Shown: positions 36,537 to 46,376 of the stretch, piece by piece | How positions within the stretch are numbered: position 1 is the stretch's first letter | Layout: the number at the start of each line of letters is the position of its first letter | DNA from: a virus | Taxonomy: Duplodnaviria; Caudoviricetes | Direction: 5' to 3' (one strand) | Length of the DNA stretch: 53,013 bases | IMG/VR virus record: IMGVR_UViG_3300017971_000346 | Coordinates: 1 to 53,013 of that record | The notes under the pieces: model-generated | Told to the model about the DNA's origin: nothing | Database searches by the model: none | The model's input: only the letters and a program-made list of their open reading frames with translations | Program-made: the position numbers and the translations under genes

Positions 36537-37243
36537 TAGTATTGCTCCTTAATATCATAATCACCCATTATTTCATCAAATTTAATTAAATCGTGTAAAT
36601 CAATCTCAAGATTCCTGTTAAAATCAAATGAATGTCTAAATTTCCCTGAATTATGATCGTGTCCTAAACATTTGTCAAATAGCTGTAATTCATAAATATC
36701 GATTTTGCCATCCCCATCAACGTCACCGGTTTTAGGTATTCTAAAAAGCCGGTTAATATTAATCATTGGAAACGGTGAATATTTACCGAAATATTTTATG
36801 TTAATAGTTTTATCAACCCAATTATCAAACACGGGTAACTTTTGTATACTTTGAATTAAATTTAACGTATCAGATATAGTCGAATCTATAGAAATAACTG
36901 CTCTCATCGTTGTATCGTCCCAAAAGTTAACAAATAATTGAGAATCAAAATATTCAAAATACGTCGTATCCTTATAAAAATAAATCGGTATTGAACTACC
37001 GCTAACGTTACCTGATATATCAATTGCATATATCCGAACTTCTATTCGCCCATCCCAGGTTATAGAGTCGCAATTAAAAACAGTATCATAAACCGCTACC
37101 TTGAAATAACGTTCATCCTGGGTAAATTCAACTTCATAATGACTTAAATCATCTTCAGGATTTTGATCCCAACGAATTACCATTGTAAACGCCTGAATCA
37201 CAAGACATATAATAATCAAAATAATATTAATGTAAGTTTTCAT
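36536..37243 (-). CDS. Secreted FN3-like plus dockerin-like protein
   Basis: Signal peptide; WDQNPEDDLSHYEV...AIDISGNVS FN3-like region; duplicated Ca-loops GDVDGDGKIDIYEL and DFNRNLEIDLHDL. Confidence 0.75.
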   Translation of the reverse strand: MKTYINIILIIICLVIQAFTMVIRWDQNPEDDLSHYEVEFTQDERYFKVAVYDTVFNCDSITWDGRIEVRIYAIDISGNVSGSSIPIYFYKDTTYFEYFDSQLFVNFWDDTTMRAVISIDSTISDTLNLIQSIQKLPVFDNWVDKTINIKYFGKYSPFPMININRLFRIPKTGDVDGDGKIDIYELQLFDKCLGHDHNSGKFRHSFDFNRNLEIDLHDLIKFDEIMGDYDIKEQY

Positions 37244-37476
37244 TAATCTCGACCTTTCACATCCAAGTACTTTGAATAACTTGAATTTCCTAAAAATGCA
37301 GCAAATACAAGTACCATACTAGTGTTAAACGCTGACCAGAGAGGCATTAAAGGAGCCGGGTTTTCTATATTTAACATTTTTAGGGTAACGATAAAAAATA
37401 ACACCATAAACGAAGTAAAACCGATGAACCGTCGTGATGTTATAATTTTTAATAATTTATTAATATGAATATTCAT
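37243..37476 (-). CDS. Holin-like membrane protein (2 TM)
   Basis: TSRRF N-terminal motif, two TM segments, basic tail. Confidence 0.55.
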   Translation of the reverse strand: MNIHINKLLKIITSRRFIGFTSFMVLFFIVTLKMLNIENPAPLMPLWSAFNTSMVLVFAAFLGNSSYSKYLDVKGRD

Positions 37477-37488
37477 TTAAAATACCCC

Positions 37489-37857
37489 TTATCGTTTAAT
37501 CCAAACAACTTTATAGAAAATTAAAAATGTAAATAGCGCTATTGTAACAAAAGCAAAGATGATGAAATAATCAGTTATGTCAATTTTCGCGCCTATATAT
37601 ACCGCAAGTCCCGCCATAAACGTCCGGGTAAAATCAGATAAATGCCAAAAATCAAAACGAAAAATTCCAAAATATAATTTTGAATCTTTCCAATCACTTT
37701 TCAGGAAAGAATAAAACATTTTTTTATAAGTAGGTGATCGATTATACTCATTTTCTGTCATAAAGTCAAAGATACTATTCTCAAAATGATGATTAATAGT
37801 ATCACAGATAGATTTGAAAAATCCAAACATAATCGCAGTCATAAAAAAATAAAACAT
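37489..37857 (-). CDS. Membrane protein
   Basis: Three hydrophobic segments; D......SIF...W...D.WH pattern. Confidence 0.6.
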   Translation of the reverse strand: MFYFFMTAIMFGFFKSICDTINHHFENSIFDFMTENEYNRSPTYKKMFYSFLKSDWKDSKLYFGIFRFDFWHLSDFTRTFMAGLAVYIGAKIDITDYFIIFAFVTIALFTFLIFYKVVWIKR

Positions 37858-38123
37858 TATTTTCCTTTCTCGACTAACAGGCCGTATATTTTATCAAAAC
37901 GATCATCGATTGAACGTTTAAATTCATTAAATTCCTTTGTTGAATTATCACAATGTGATACTAGTGATATTTTCAACTGCTTAATCTCGGCTTCCAGAGT
38001 CTTAATCTTTGAGTCTCTTGCCCCTAGAAACATATTCAAGAATGTAGTGATTAATAAGAGTCCCGTCACGGTAAATTGTATTATATCTTTCCAGTTCCGA
38101 TCAAATCCAGGTTTCAGAGCCAT
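37857..38123 (-). CDS. Single-TM coiled-coil protein (holin/hemolysin-like)
   Basis: One TM then a coiled coil ending RFDKIYGLL. Confidence 0.5.
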   Translation of the reverse strand: MALKPGFDRNWKDIIQFTVTGLLLITTFLNMFLGARDSKIKTLEAEIKQLKISLVSHCDNSTKEFNEFKRSIDDRFDKIYGLLVEKGK

Positions 38124-38126
38124 TTT

Positions 38127-38669
38127 TTATCGTCTCCTAGCCAATACAAACTTTAAATAAGTAGTCCCGGAGTGCGATCCGCCATCCTTTAAAAACAATC
38201 TGAAAACATCACCGGACAAAACAGGAAGTAAAACAGCTGGAAAATTTCCCTCTGCTGTAATCTTACCTGTTAAATCATCCGAAAAATAACAATTAGATAA
38301 CGATGCTCCGGTATACGCCAAACTTGCGGCATTGGAAAAACACGAATCCGCAAATATTGAACTTTTATTGGCGTTTTGAATTATTACCGAAATATCCGGA
38401 GTCCCGCCGCTAACATAAGCTTGTACACTAAAATCAGACCCAATGTTTTGAAAATATTTCGAATAAACGGAATCCCCTGAAACAAACATAATTTCAAAGC
38501 TATCAATTGCAGCATCCGTAAAAGTTGTATCATTACCGTTCGATGTACGGTAATCAAAATCAATTAGCGTACTCATCGAACGATTGCCGGAAATTTCCCG
38601 TTGCCCGTATCCAATGGTAACAAAGGAAATCAAAAATAATAAAATTAATTGTTTGTATTTTCTATCCAT
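38127..38669 (-). CDS. Secreted hypothetical protein
   Basis: MDRKYKQLILLFLISFVTIGYG-Q signal peptide; beta-rich mature region. Confidence 0.7.
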   Translation of the reverse strand: MDRKYKQLILLFLISFVTIGYGQREISGNRSMSTLIDFDYRTSNGNDTTFTDAAIDSFEIMFVSGDSVYSKYFQNIGSDFSVQAYVSGGTPDISVIIQNANKSSIFADSCFSNAASLAYTGASLSNCYFSDDLTGKITAEGNFPAVLLPVLSGDVFRLFLKDGGSHSGTTYLKFVLARRR

Positions 38670-39628
38670 TTTTCAGTCTCCGAATCTTCAATATTATATT
38701 TTTTAGTTTTATATGTAAGAACACGCTCTGTTATTCCTAGTAATTCAGCGGATTCTCTTTTATTATTTTTTGTAAAAATTAACGCTTTAATTATCGTATT
38801 TTTTTCAGTTTCTTCTAAATTCAACCTAGAAGTATCTAAATTTAAAAATACTTTTCCATCATACCCCTTCACTGCTGTTCTTGAGTATTGGTAATTATTG
38901 AAATCTAAATTATTTTTTGTTAAGGAGCCATTGCAAAGTAAACACCCTTTTAAAATAAAGTTTTTTAATTCGCGGACATTGCCGGGCCAAGAATAACTTT
39001 TTAAATGATCAAATATATTCTGTTCAATCTTAATATTTTTTTCTAATTTTACCATATTTTGACCTACTAGAACAGGTACGATCAAATCTAGATCTTCTAG
39101 CCTATCGCGTAAAGCAGGGATGTTAAAGGTTATTTCATTCAGTCGATATAACAAATCTTGCCTGAAAACTTTAGTATCAAAAATATCTTGATTTGTAGCT
39201 GAAATTAAACGAAAATCTGAATGAAAAACAGTGGCACCGCCGACTTTTTTAAACTCTTTTTTTTCAATTACATGCAGTAGTTTAGCTTGCATATCTGGTA
39301 AAATTTCTCCGATTTCATCTAAAAACAGCGTAGAGCCATTCGAAAGTTGAAAAATTCCGTCCTTTGCTTTCGTTGCCCCTGTAAACGCTCCCTGAACATG
39401 CCCAAAAAATTCACTTTCAAATAATCCGGTCGCTATACTGGCACAGTTGATACTCCTAACACTATGCAATTTTCTATCGCTATTTCTATGGATGAATCCT
39501 GCGATCTCACCTTTTCCGGAACCAGTTTCACCGATTAACATAATATTAATGTCAAACTTTGCTGCTTTTTTGATTTCCTTTAAAGTATTCTTAAACGCTA
39601 TATTTCTTGTTTTATCGATTTCTATCAT
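38645..39628 (-). CDS. Sigma54-dependent enhancer-binding protein (AAA+ plus Fis HTH) lacking a regulatory domain
   Basis: GETGSGK, ESEFFGHVQGAFTGA, LFLDEIGE, QAKLL, RLISATN, FRQDLLYRL, WPGNVREL, C-terminal Fis-type HTH. Confidence 0.95.
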   Translation of the reverse strand: MIEIDKTRNIAFKNTLKEIKKAAKFDINIMLIGETGSGKGEIAGFIHRNSDRKLHSVRSINCASIATGLFESEFFGHVQGAFTGATKAKDGIFQLSNGSTLFLDEIGEILPDMQAKLLHVIEKKEFKKVGGATVFHSDFRLISATNQDIFDTKVFRQDLLYRLNEITFNIPALRDRLEDLDLIVPVLVGQNMVKLEKNIKIEQNIFDHLKSYSWPGNVRELKNFILKGCLLCNGSLTKNNLDFNNYQYSRTAVKGYDGKVFLNLDTSRLNLEETEKNTIIKALIFTKNNKRESAELLGITERVLTYKTKKYNIEDSETEKWIENTNN

Positions 39629-41193
39629 AAATTTTCAATGACCTTTATTTTGAATTGTCTGTTCAGCGATCCTGAATGAAAAATTTCCTCTAAGTCAGTT
39701 TGTAGTACCATATTATCAAAATAATTGCGTCCTATGCCTACCGCAACGTCCTGATTATAATGATTTAAAATTTCATTATCGTTCATTAGATAATCATTCA
39801 ATAACAATATCTCATCGAAAAGACATTTTGCATAATTTGTACTTGATCCAGATGAACCGATGAAAACGCTGTCAACGTCTGCTGGAATTATTATCGAATT
39901 TCCGAAAGTACCGATATAACTACCATTTAAATAAAATTTAGCTCCGTCTGCTATGGAACCATCAAACAGAATAGTAACAAGATTCCAATCATCTTGAACA
40001 AATCCATACGGAGTTCCACTTACCGACAATGACTGAGTACTTCCGTTTTCATCTACCATACTGATTTGTATTGATCCGGAAGTATTCATTCGAATAATCC
40101 ATTTCGAAGATGCTGAGCTATAAAAATTAAAAAATGTCCGGTAGTCTGTATTATTTTCATCCCAGTCAGGTTTCATCCAAAATTGTAAAGTCCATTTGTT
40201 TTTATTGAACTTTTCTGGCAAATCTACTTGACAGGTTTCTGCATTCTGGGTAACTGCGTCCGGTTTGTAGCTAGATGAATGTTCAGTCGGTTCCAACTGT
40301 GCTTTACATACTATAATTGAATCCCCAATGTCATCTAGAAATATTTTTGCACCCCAATAATTCCCTGCACCAGCAATAGTGTGAGTTACTTCATAACGGG
40401 TAAATTCAGACGTAGCATAAAAAGTTTCATAAGCCAAAGTTCCTAGTCCTGAATCTTCGATACCTAATTGGAATAACGTGCCACCGTCCGCACTTTTGAC
40501 CCACACGGAAAAAGTAACAGTTTGGTATGTAATTGTTGAATACACCGTTCTTTGATAATTATTCCCACCGGCAACGGAAGTACAATAAAGACGTTCCGCT
40601 TCTAAATTACCTTCAATATCTTCAATACTATTCGAAGTCACTGTTAGATTAGTTTGAACCCAACCCTGTTGAGAATATGTAGTCGGCGGTGTTGCAATTG
40701 GGTTTGTACCAAATGAATTAGATTTATTTAGGAAGTTGAATCCTGAATCTTCAATCGATAAGGCACCACCGTATTTTCCGGAAACAATTTTTGGAGTGTT
40801 TTCAGCCGCGGTTTCTAATAAACCAGTCAAATAATCAATATACTTTGCGGTTCCTGTTCTACTTAGTGTTAAAGCAACCTTATCATTAGTTTCAAAATAA
40901 TATGAATCAAAAGAAATATAAAATCCCAAAGCACGGTCAATCCAAAGCTCAAAAGAAGTTCCGTCTTTTACATACTCAAACCAGTTGCGTATTAAATTAA
41001 AATTTTGTGGTGTTATCTGACTCCGTCCTAATTCGAGTATATGTCTAACAAAGCTATATTGAGTCTCTATCCCTCCAGCAGCAGTCGTTTGTGAAGATTT
41101 CGAAGTTTGGTGAGTGAGTCTCAAGACATCCCACATATTCTCTATGTCAACAATTTTATCTGTATCAAATCTAAACCTTCCGCCAATATACAT
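39625..41193 (-). CDS. Tail protein with carbohydrate-binding-like and C-terminal LamG domains
   Basis: YTFSVWVK-like (VTFSVWVK)...AQLE module; WTLQFWMK...WNLVT...FYLNG...FDEI LamG_3 pattern. Confidence 0.75.
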   Translation of the reverse strand: MYIGGRFRFDTDKIVDIENMWDVLRLTHQTSKSSQTTAAGGIETQYSFVRHILELGRSQITPQNFNLIRNWFEYVKDGTSFELWIDRALGFYISFDSYYFETNDKVALTLSRTGTAKYIDYLTGLLETAAENTPKIVSGKYGGALSIEDSGFNFLNKSNSFGTNPIATPPTTYSQQGWVQTNLTVTSNSIEDIEGNLEAERLYCTSVAGGNNYQRTVYSTITYQTVTFSVWVKSADGGTLFQLGIEDSGLGTLAYETFYATSEFTRYEVTHTIAGAGNYWGAKIFLDDIGDSIIVCKAQLEPTEHSSSYKPDAVTQNAETCQVDLPEKFNKNKWTLQFWMKPDWDENNTDYRTFFNFYSSASSKWIIRMNTSGSIQISMVDENGSTQSLSVSGTPYGFVQDDWNLVTILFDGSIADGAKFYLNGSYIGTFGNSIIIPADVDSVFIGSSGSSTNYAKCLFDEILLLNDYLMNDNEILNHYNQDVAVGIGRNYFDNMVLQTDLEEIFHSGSLNRQFKIKVIENL

Positions 41194-41221
41194 TTTAATA
41201 CCTCTTATGGATAAAATAAAT

Positions 41222-41374
41222 TGAACTAATTTAAAATTTCAGTGAACCGGAATTGAACTAAAATGAACCATTAGTTCAAAATTGCTAAACTTTTTGAACT
41301 ATATTGAACCTGACTGAGTGAATTTTAACGCTATCGATAAAATTTGGTTCAATTTGCATTTAAGCGTAGTGAAC
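41222..41374. repeat. Intergenic array of 9 TGAAC/GTTCA pentamers
   Basis: Copies at 41222, 41243, 41254, 41264, 41274, 41295, 41305, 41347 and 41370. Confidence 0.85.
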
Positions 41375-43768
41375 TTAATCAAAATAATCTGTTGTTGAGT
41401 ACGTAGCAAGTAATTTTATTTGTTTTATTTGAACTAATTTTACTGTAGTTGGTGGGTATGTACCGGACGTACCAACCCAGTCCGCACGAACCCTTATTAC
41501 TGTAGCTCCACCTAGATTCAACACATACATATCTGCGTACAATTTTTTTGAACTAGTTTCATCATAATAAATTTTTTTATATATTTCTTTTACATCTGTA
41601 CCAGAAGGATTTTGGATTTTTAGGTAGACTTCAATATATTCTGAATCTGAACCTAACGATTCGTTAGGTTGCTGAAGTTCAAACCTATACATAACACGAT
41701 CAACGTTTGTCCAAGTTGGTGAAATGTCCGCTACAGCATCGCCGGGTTGCAATGTTCCAGCAGCATGATCTGAATTTTCAGTAAGATCGGTTTCATAAAT
41801 ATCATCTTCCACTATTACTTCACCGCTCCAGGTTCCTGCGTGTCTATATCCTAAATAAGATGTCAGTTCAGCTATTACATCCAACTTTGAACCGCTAAAT
41901 TTATGAATTATATTGGTTATTTCGCATCCATCGTTTTCAAATCCCTTAGTGCCATTTAGAGGCCAAAGCAACGTGGGATACGTAAGATTAATAACATCCC
42001 CTGTTTGGTGCAACATTTTTTTAGAGGATAATTTAGCATTAATTTTCAGTGGGGGATTTCCAAAACGAGTTACAATTTTATTCATCAGATAAGTTTCATC
42101 TGCTGTCAGAAAGTATAAATCGTTTAATTCAATTCCATACGGTTTTTGTTCACCATAAACAACGTCTGTAGTTACATTCCTAATCATTCGTTTTTTATTA
42201 TAATTTCCGACTTTTATTGTTTCTACTAATCTATCTGTGAACTGTTTATAATCAACTTTCTGACTTTCTGATAAATAAATAATATCATCCTGAGTAATGT
42301 CCCACAAACCAGAATTTTCCACGTGAACATCAAAAAATAATACTCCTATTTTATGATTAGACGTTAGTATAAATTTCAATCCTAATGATTTGAAAATCAT
42401 CGATTCTAAAAAATCTAAACCATCATCTAAACCATCATCTATATCGAAAATATATTGTTCACGGAGCCAATTAACAGTATAACCTATCTTATTGGATATC
42501 CATTTTTGCCACTCGTTTTTAATTTGATTAACATCAAATAAACTTATTGACAGGCCCATACCGTAATCAGAAACCCCATTATCCCAGTCACCGTTTAATC
42601 CGGTTCCGGTACTCGTTAGAATACCCATAACTAAATCAAGAGATTCAGTCGTATAGTTATAAAAATGTAATATCTCTTTTATTGTAGCCCCTTCGCTATG
42701 ATCTTCCGAAGCATTTCCAAATGCTCCGCGTGTTCCCAGTGTAAAAGTAGTTGATGTTTTTGCGGTGTATTCGACAAATTCACTGTCAATTTTCAATAAC
42801 GTTTTTCTATGTGTTCCGACCGTTCCTTCAGTATCCCAGCTTGGCGTTTGTGCGGTTTGAAAATCTGCTGTAGAAGCAACCCCAATTACTTCAATATCTT
42901 CCTTGATTGATAAATTATCGATCCAAAATTGATCACCGGAATTAGCCAATGTAATTGAAATCGTCATATTTCCAGGATCGCTATTCGTGGTGAAAGAAGT
43001 TGCTTGGCTACCGGATGAAATAGACAAAGCAGTTGCGGAACTGGCAATCCCTACTGTTAAACTCGCGGTCGGGGAACCGATAACATTTGAAATACTGTAG
43101 CGTAGAATATACCGAGTATTTGGTTTTAAATTTTGGGCAAAGTCAGATTTATATTGATATATTGTACCGGCATCCGGTGAACCGGTCGCAAATACAATTA
43201 CATTTGTATACGTTGCATTCCATGCTGCTGCTCCAGAAAATCCCCAAAAGATATTAGATGAAAAATCACCGTTTGATAAATGTTCTTGCGCCGTTGCTGG
43301 GAACCCATTCGACAATGTAGTCCGAGCCAGATTTCTAAAAATCGGTTTAGCTTTTAAAATTTCGTTTTTTGCGCGTAATTCAAAAGTTAAACCATTGTTA
43401 GTAATATTAAAATCAATTATTTGTGCAATTGGAAAAGTGACAAAATCTGATTCAGTTAGACTTTGAAAACCAACCTTGACAGTCAAATCTTTTCCAATTA
43501 GATCATACCCAACTAAAGATGTAACTGCGTCATTCAAATTAACAGCTTTTAGTACAAACCCGCCAAACTGAGTCCTGCAACTGAACTCATCAAACATAAG
43601 CGGTGTTATTGTTAAATCAGTTCCAATTTTATAATAATCCGTGGTAATCCCAGAGAATGTATTACTACAGATTTTCAATGTAGAAATACCTTGAATTTCT
43701 GCAATCCATACCCAGTCCTGTGAATCTTGCGCTAATAATGCATTAAAATTACTGTTTGCTTCGATCAT
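41375..43768 (-). CDS. Tail hub/baseplate-like protein
   Basis: 797 aa, directly after the tape measure; internal CBM-like insert. Confidence 0.7.
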   Translation of the reverse strand: MIEANSNFNALLAQDSQDWVWIAEIQGISTLKICSNTFSGITTDYYKIGTDLTITPLMFDEFSCRTQFGGFVLKAVNLNDAVTSLVGYDLIGKDLTVKVGFQSLTESDFVTFPIAQIIDFNITNNGLTFELRAKNEILKAKPIFRNLARTTLSNGFPATAQEHLSNGDFSSNIFWGFSGAAAWNATYTNVIVFATGSPDAGTIYQYKSDFAQNLKPNTRYILRYSISNVIGSPTASLTVGIASSATALSISSGSQATSFTTNSDPGNMTISITLANSGDQFWIDNLSIKEDIEVIGVASTADFQTAQTPSWDTEGTVGTHRKTLLKIDSEFVEYTAKTSTTFTLGTRGAFGNASEDHSEGATIKEILHFYNYTTESLDLVMGILTSTGTGLNGDWDNGVSDYGMGLSISLFDVNQIKNEWQKWISNKIGYTVNWLREQYIFDIDDGLDDGLDFLESMIFKSLGLKFILTSNHKIGVLFFDVHVENSGLWDITQDDIIYLSESQKVDYKQFTDRLVETIKVGNYNKKRMIRNVTTDVVYGEQKPYGIELNDLYFLTADETYLMNKIVTRFGNPPLKINAKLSSKKMLHQTGDVINLTYPTLLWPLNGTKGFENDGCEITNIIHKFSGSKLDVIAELTSYLGYRHAGTWSGEVIVEDDIYETDLTENSDHAAGTLQPGDAVADISPTWTNVDRVMYRFELQQPNESLGSDSEYIEVYLKIQNPSGTDVKEIYKKIYYDETSSKKLYADMYVLNLGGATVIRVRADWVGTSGTYPPTTVKLVQIKQIKLLATYSTTDYFD

Positions 43769-45711
43769 ATACGTGACCTATCGAAATATAGTGAGTCCTG
43801 AATCATTGGTAATATTTGGTTTTTTATGACATCTTCATTCATATCATTTCCAGAAATGTTAAATGTAATATTTGGACTGTTATTGATTGTTTCACCTTGA
43901 CCGTTCGGACGGATCGAAACTGATTCCCCTGGCGAACCGCGAAACATTACTAATTGAGAATCAATTCCCCCTTGACCACCTATAACATAATCCCCACCGG
44001 TAGCATTACGGCCTAAATTTTGAATTCCGCTGAATAGTGCAGTACCTAAACCACCGCCGGTAAATAGTCCGGAAACACTCATTCCTAGTCCAAGAAAGTC
44101 AGAAAATCCCCACTCTGAGATTGACTTTGAAAATAATTCTTGCATTTCCCTTGCGGTTGAAAGAATACTTTGCATCATCCCACGGCCTTTATCCACTGAA
44201 TCCGTAAATTTTTGAAAATCTGTTCTCATATCAATAACAGGCAATTTTACTTTTGTGGTATTTTCTGCCATTTTGTCAATATCTTTTTTCCCTTTTTCTA
44301 TCAATTCTCTAACATCATTCATAGCTTTACCTACAGCTACAAAAGCAGGTTCCAATTTTTCAGTCGTAATTTCTGCGATTTCAGTTAAACCAGTTTTTTT
44401 CGCATTCATCCACTCAAAATCAAGTTCATAATTTTTTTGATCTTCCTCTGCTTTTTCTTTATCTAGTTCAGCAATTCCTGTCTTAACTTCTTTTACTATT
44501 TCCAGATTATCGGCCCATGCACTAGTTTTTTCAATCGCAAGCTCAACAGCATCCCCAATACTATCAAAAGAAAATTTAATGTTATCTATATTTCCTGCTG
44601 TTTTTTGTAGCATTGCCCCTATTTCATTACTGCCAAAATACGCGAAAGCTTCACCCGCGTACTCTAGAGCTTTTGATAATGCCCGGAGAGGAGCATTCAG
44701 AGCAGACTCAACCCAGGCACCTACAGATGTTAATAATCCTGAAACTGAATCAAAAGTACTTGATAATGAATTATCGACTTTTTCGATCTCTTCATTTGTT
44801 GCCATAAAATATACTGAAACTGAATCCCAAACAATTCCTAAAATTTTAGTCCAACGCTCGGTAACCTCTAAACCACCTTTTAAACTTTTCATCATAATGT
44901 TTAATTCAGATACAATAGAGGTTAATGCAGGGATAAAAATATCCCCTGCAACCTCGCCTAACTCTTTCAATGTTTCATTAAAAACGCGGGACTGGTTCGC
45001 GTAGGAGTCAGATGTTCTTTCAAGATCGCCAATTGCGTCTTTGGAGTCCTTGATCGATTTTGCAAGGATGACTTGAGTTCGGACATTTCGTTTTGTCTCT
45101 GCATCAAGATGCTGGTATGCTCCTACAGAATCAATCAAACCCATTTTGTAAGCTTCTTGTTTGATTGTTGCTACGCGAACATCGATGCCATATTTTGTTA
45201 AGGTTTCCGATCCCCCTGATAGTGCACTCATGAAATCCTCAACAACTTTTTGAGGAGCGGTATCGTTAAATGACCCAATATCAAGCGCTAACTGAGTAAA
45301 CGTTTTTGACATTTTAAACGCGGCATCAGCGGAAAACCCAGCGGGTTTAATCAGATCGCCTAAACTAGAAGTCATTTTATTCAATGATGATTCAGCATAG
45401 CCAGTTTTATCCGATAAGTCCTCTATAACTTCACTAGCTTCCTTAACTCCACGGAACACAACATTAAATTTATTTTCTACCTCTTCAGCAGTAGAAGCCA
45501 TATCAACCCATGATTTGATTACCATCCCTGCGCCTACTGCAATTGCAGCATATGCCCCTGCTGTCACACTTGAAAACCCTTGAATTGATCTCGTAATAAC
45601 GCTACTTGAACCTTTAGATTGATCTGCTAATGATTTAAAAAGACCGTTTAAACCTTTTAATTCTTTTTTGGGTTGATCGGCGTTTAATTTTATTCCGAAA
45701 AATAAGTTCAT
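43765..45711 (-). CDS. Tape measure protein
   Basis: EVENKFNVVF, LALDIGSFND, SALSGGSETLTKYGI, AIGDLERTSDSYANQ; C-terminal ATGG...GGIDS. Confidence 0.88.
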   Translation of the reverse strand: MNLFFGIKLNADQPKKELKGLNGLFKSLADQSKGSSSVITRSIQGFSSVTAGAYAAIAVGAGMVIKSWVDMASTAEEVENKFNVVFRGVKEASEVIEDLSDKTGYAESSLNKMTSSLGDLIKPAGFSADAAFKMSKTFTQLALDIGSFNDTAPQKVVEDFMSALSGGSETLTKYGIDVRVATIKQEAYKMGLIDSVGAYQHLDAETKRNVRTQVILAKSIKDSKDAIGDLERTSDSYANQSRVFNETLKELGEVAGDIFIPALTSIVSELNIMMKSLKGGLEVTERWTKILGIVWDSVSVYFMATNEEIEKVDNSLSSTFDSVSGLLTSVGAWVESALNAPLRALSKALEYAGEAFAYFGSNEIGAMLQKTAGNIDNIKFSFDSIGDAVELAIEKTSAWADNLEIVKEVKTGIAELDKEKAEEDQKNYELDFEWMNAKKTGLTEIAEITTEKLEPAFVAVGKAMNDVRELIEKGKKDIDKMAENTTKVKLPVIDMRTDFQKFTDSVDKGRGMMQSILSTAREMQELFSKSISEWGFSDFLGLGMSVSGLFTGGGLGTALFSGIQNLGRNATGGDYVIGGQGGIDSQLVMFRGSPGESVSIRPNGQGETINNSPNITFNISGNDMNEDVIKNQILPMIQDSLYFDRSRI

Positions 45712-45740
45712 AGCATTCCTTGCTCAACTATCGTACTGAA

Positions 45741-46360
45741 TTATTTTTTACTTATTTGTCGCCAAGCGCTATTTTTAACAGAATTAAATTCCCTTGTTTT
45801 AGCTTGCTTATTGGCGATAAAATTTTTTATATACGAAAAACCAGAAATTACGTATGAATATTCTAAAGTTCCCAATACAGGAAAATGATCTTTAAATAGA
45901 TCGATTCCTAAAAATCCTATTTCTCCGAAAATGCCGTTACGCAAATACTTAAAATAGAATTCAAGAATCAATCTATTTAAAGGAAAAATTTCCGGTTCAT
46001 CGGTAACATCTGGCATAGTAAAAAAAACTATGCCACTTTCAAGTTTTTTGCATATGATTTTCCATCAAAAAATGTTTCCGGATCAATCATTTTTCTAGAA
46101 ATGAAAATAAGACGTTTCTTTACTTCAATATTTTCATCCCCTAAAATTACAAATTCTTTGAATTTTTCTTTTGTGAATTTCACGGTTCCATTCTCGTCTC
46201 GGATACCTCTCCAATCATGCACCTTATTCAAAAAAATATCGTGGAAAGCTTCATCTTTTGGTTTGAAATCCTTATAAGGGATATATTCTATCAAATATCT
46301 TTCCCCTTTTTCAAATTCAACCCATGCAGTGTATTTTTTTTGTTCTGAAATGTTAATCAA
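45741..46360 (-). CDS. Tail assembly chaperones G (46028-46360) and GT via -1 frameshift into 45741-46016
   Basis: A AAA AAC at 46049-46043; the -1 frame is open into ATG 46016; 9-bp hairpin at 46011-46035. Confidence 0.8.
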
Positions 46361-46376
46361 TTATATTTCTCCTATT

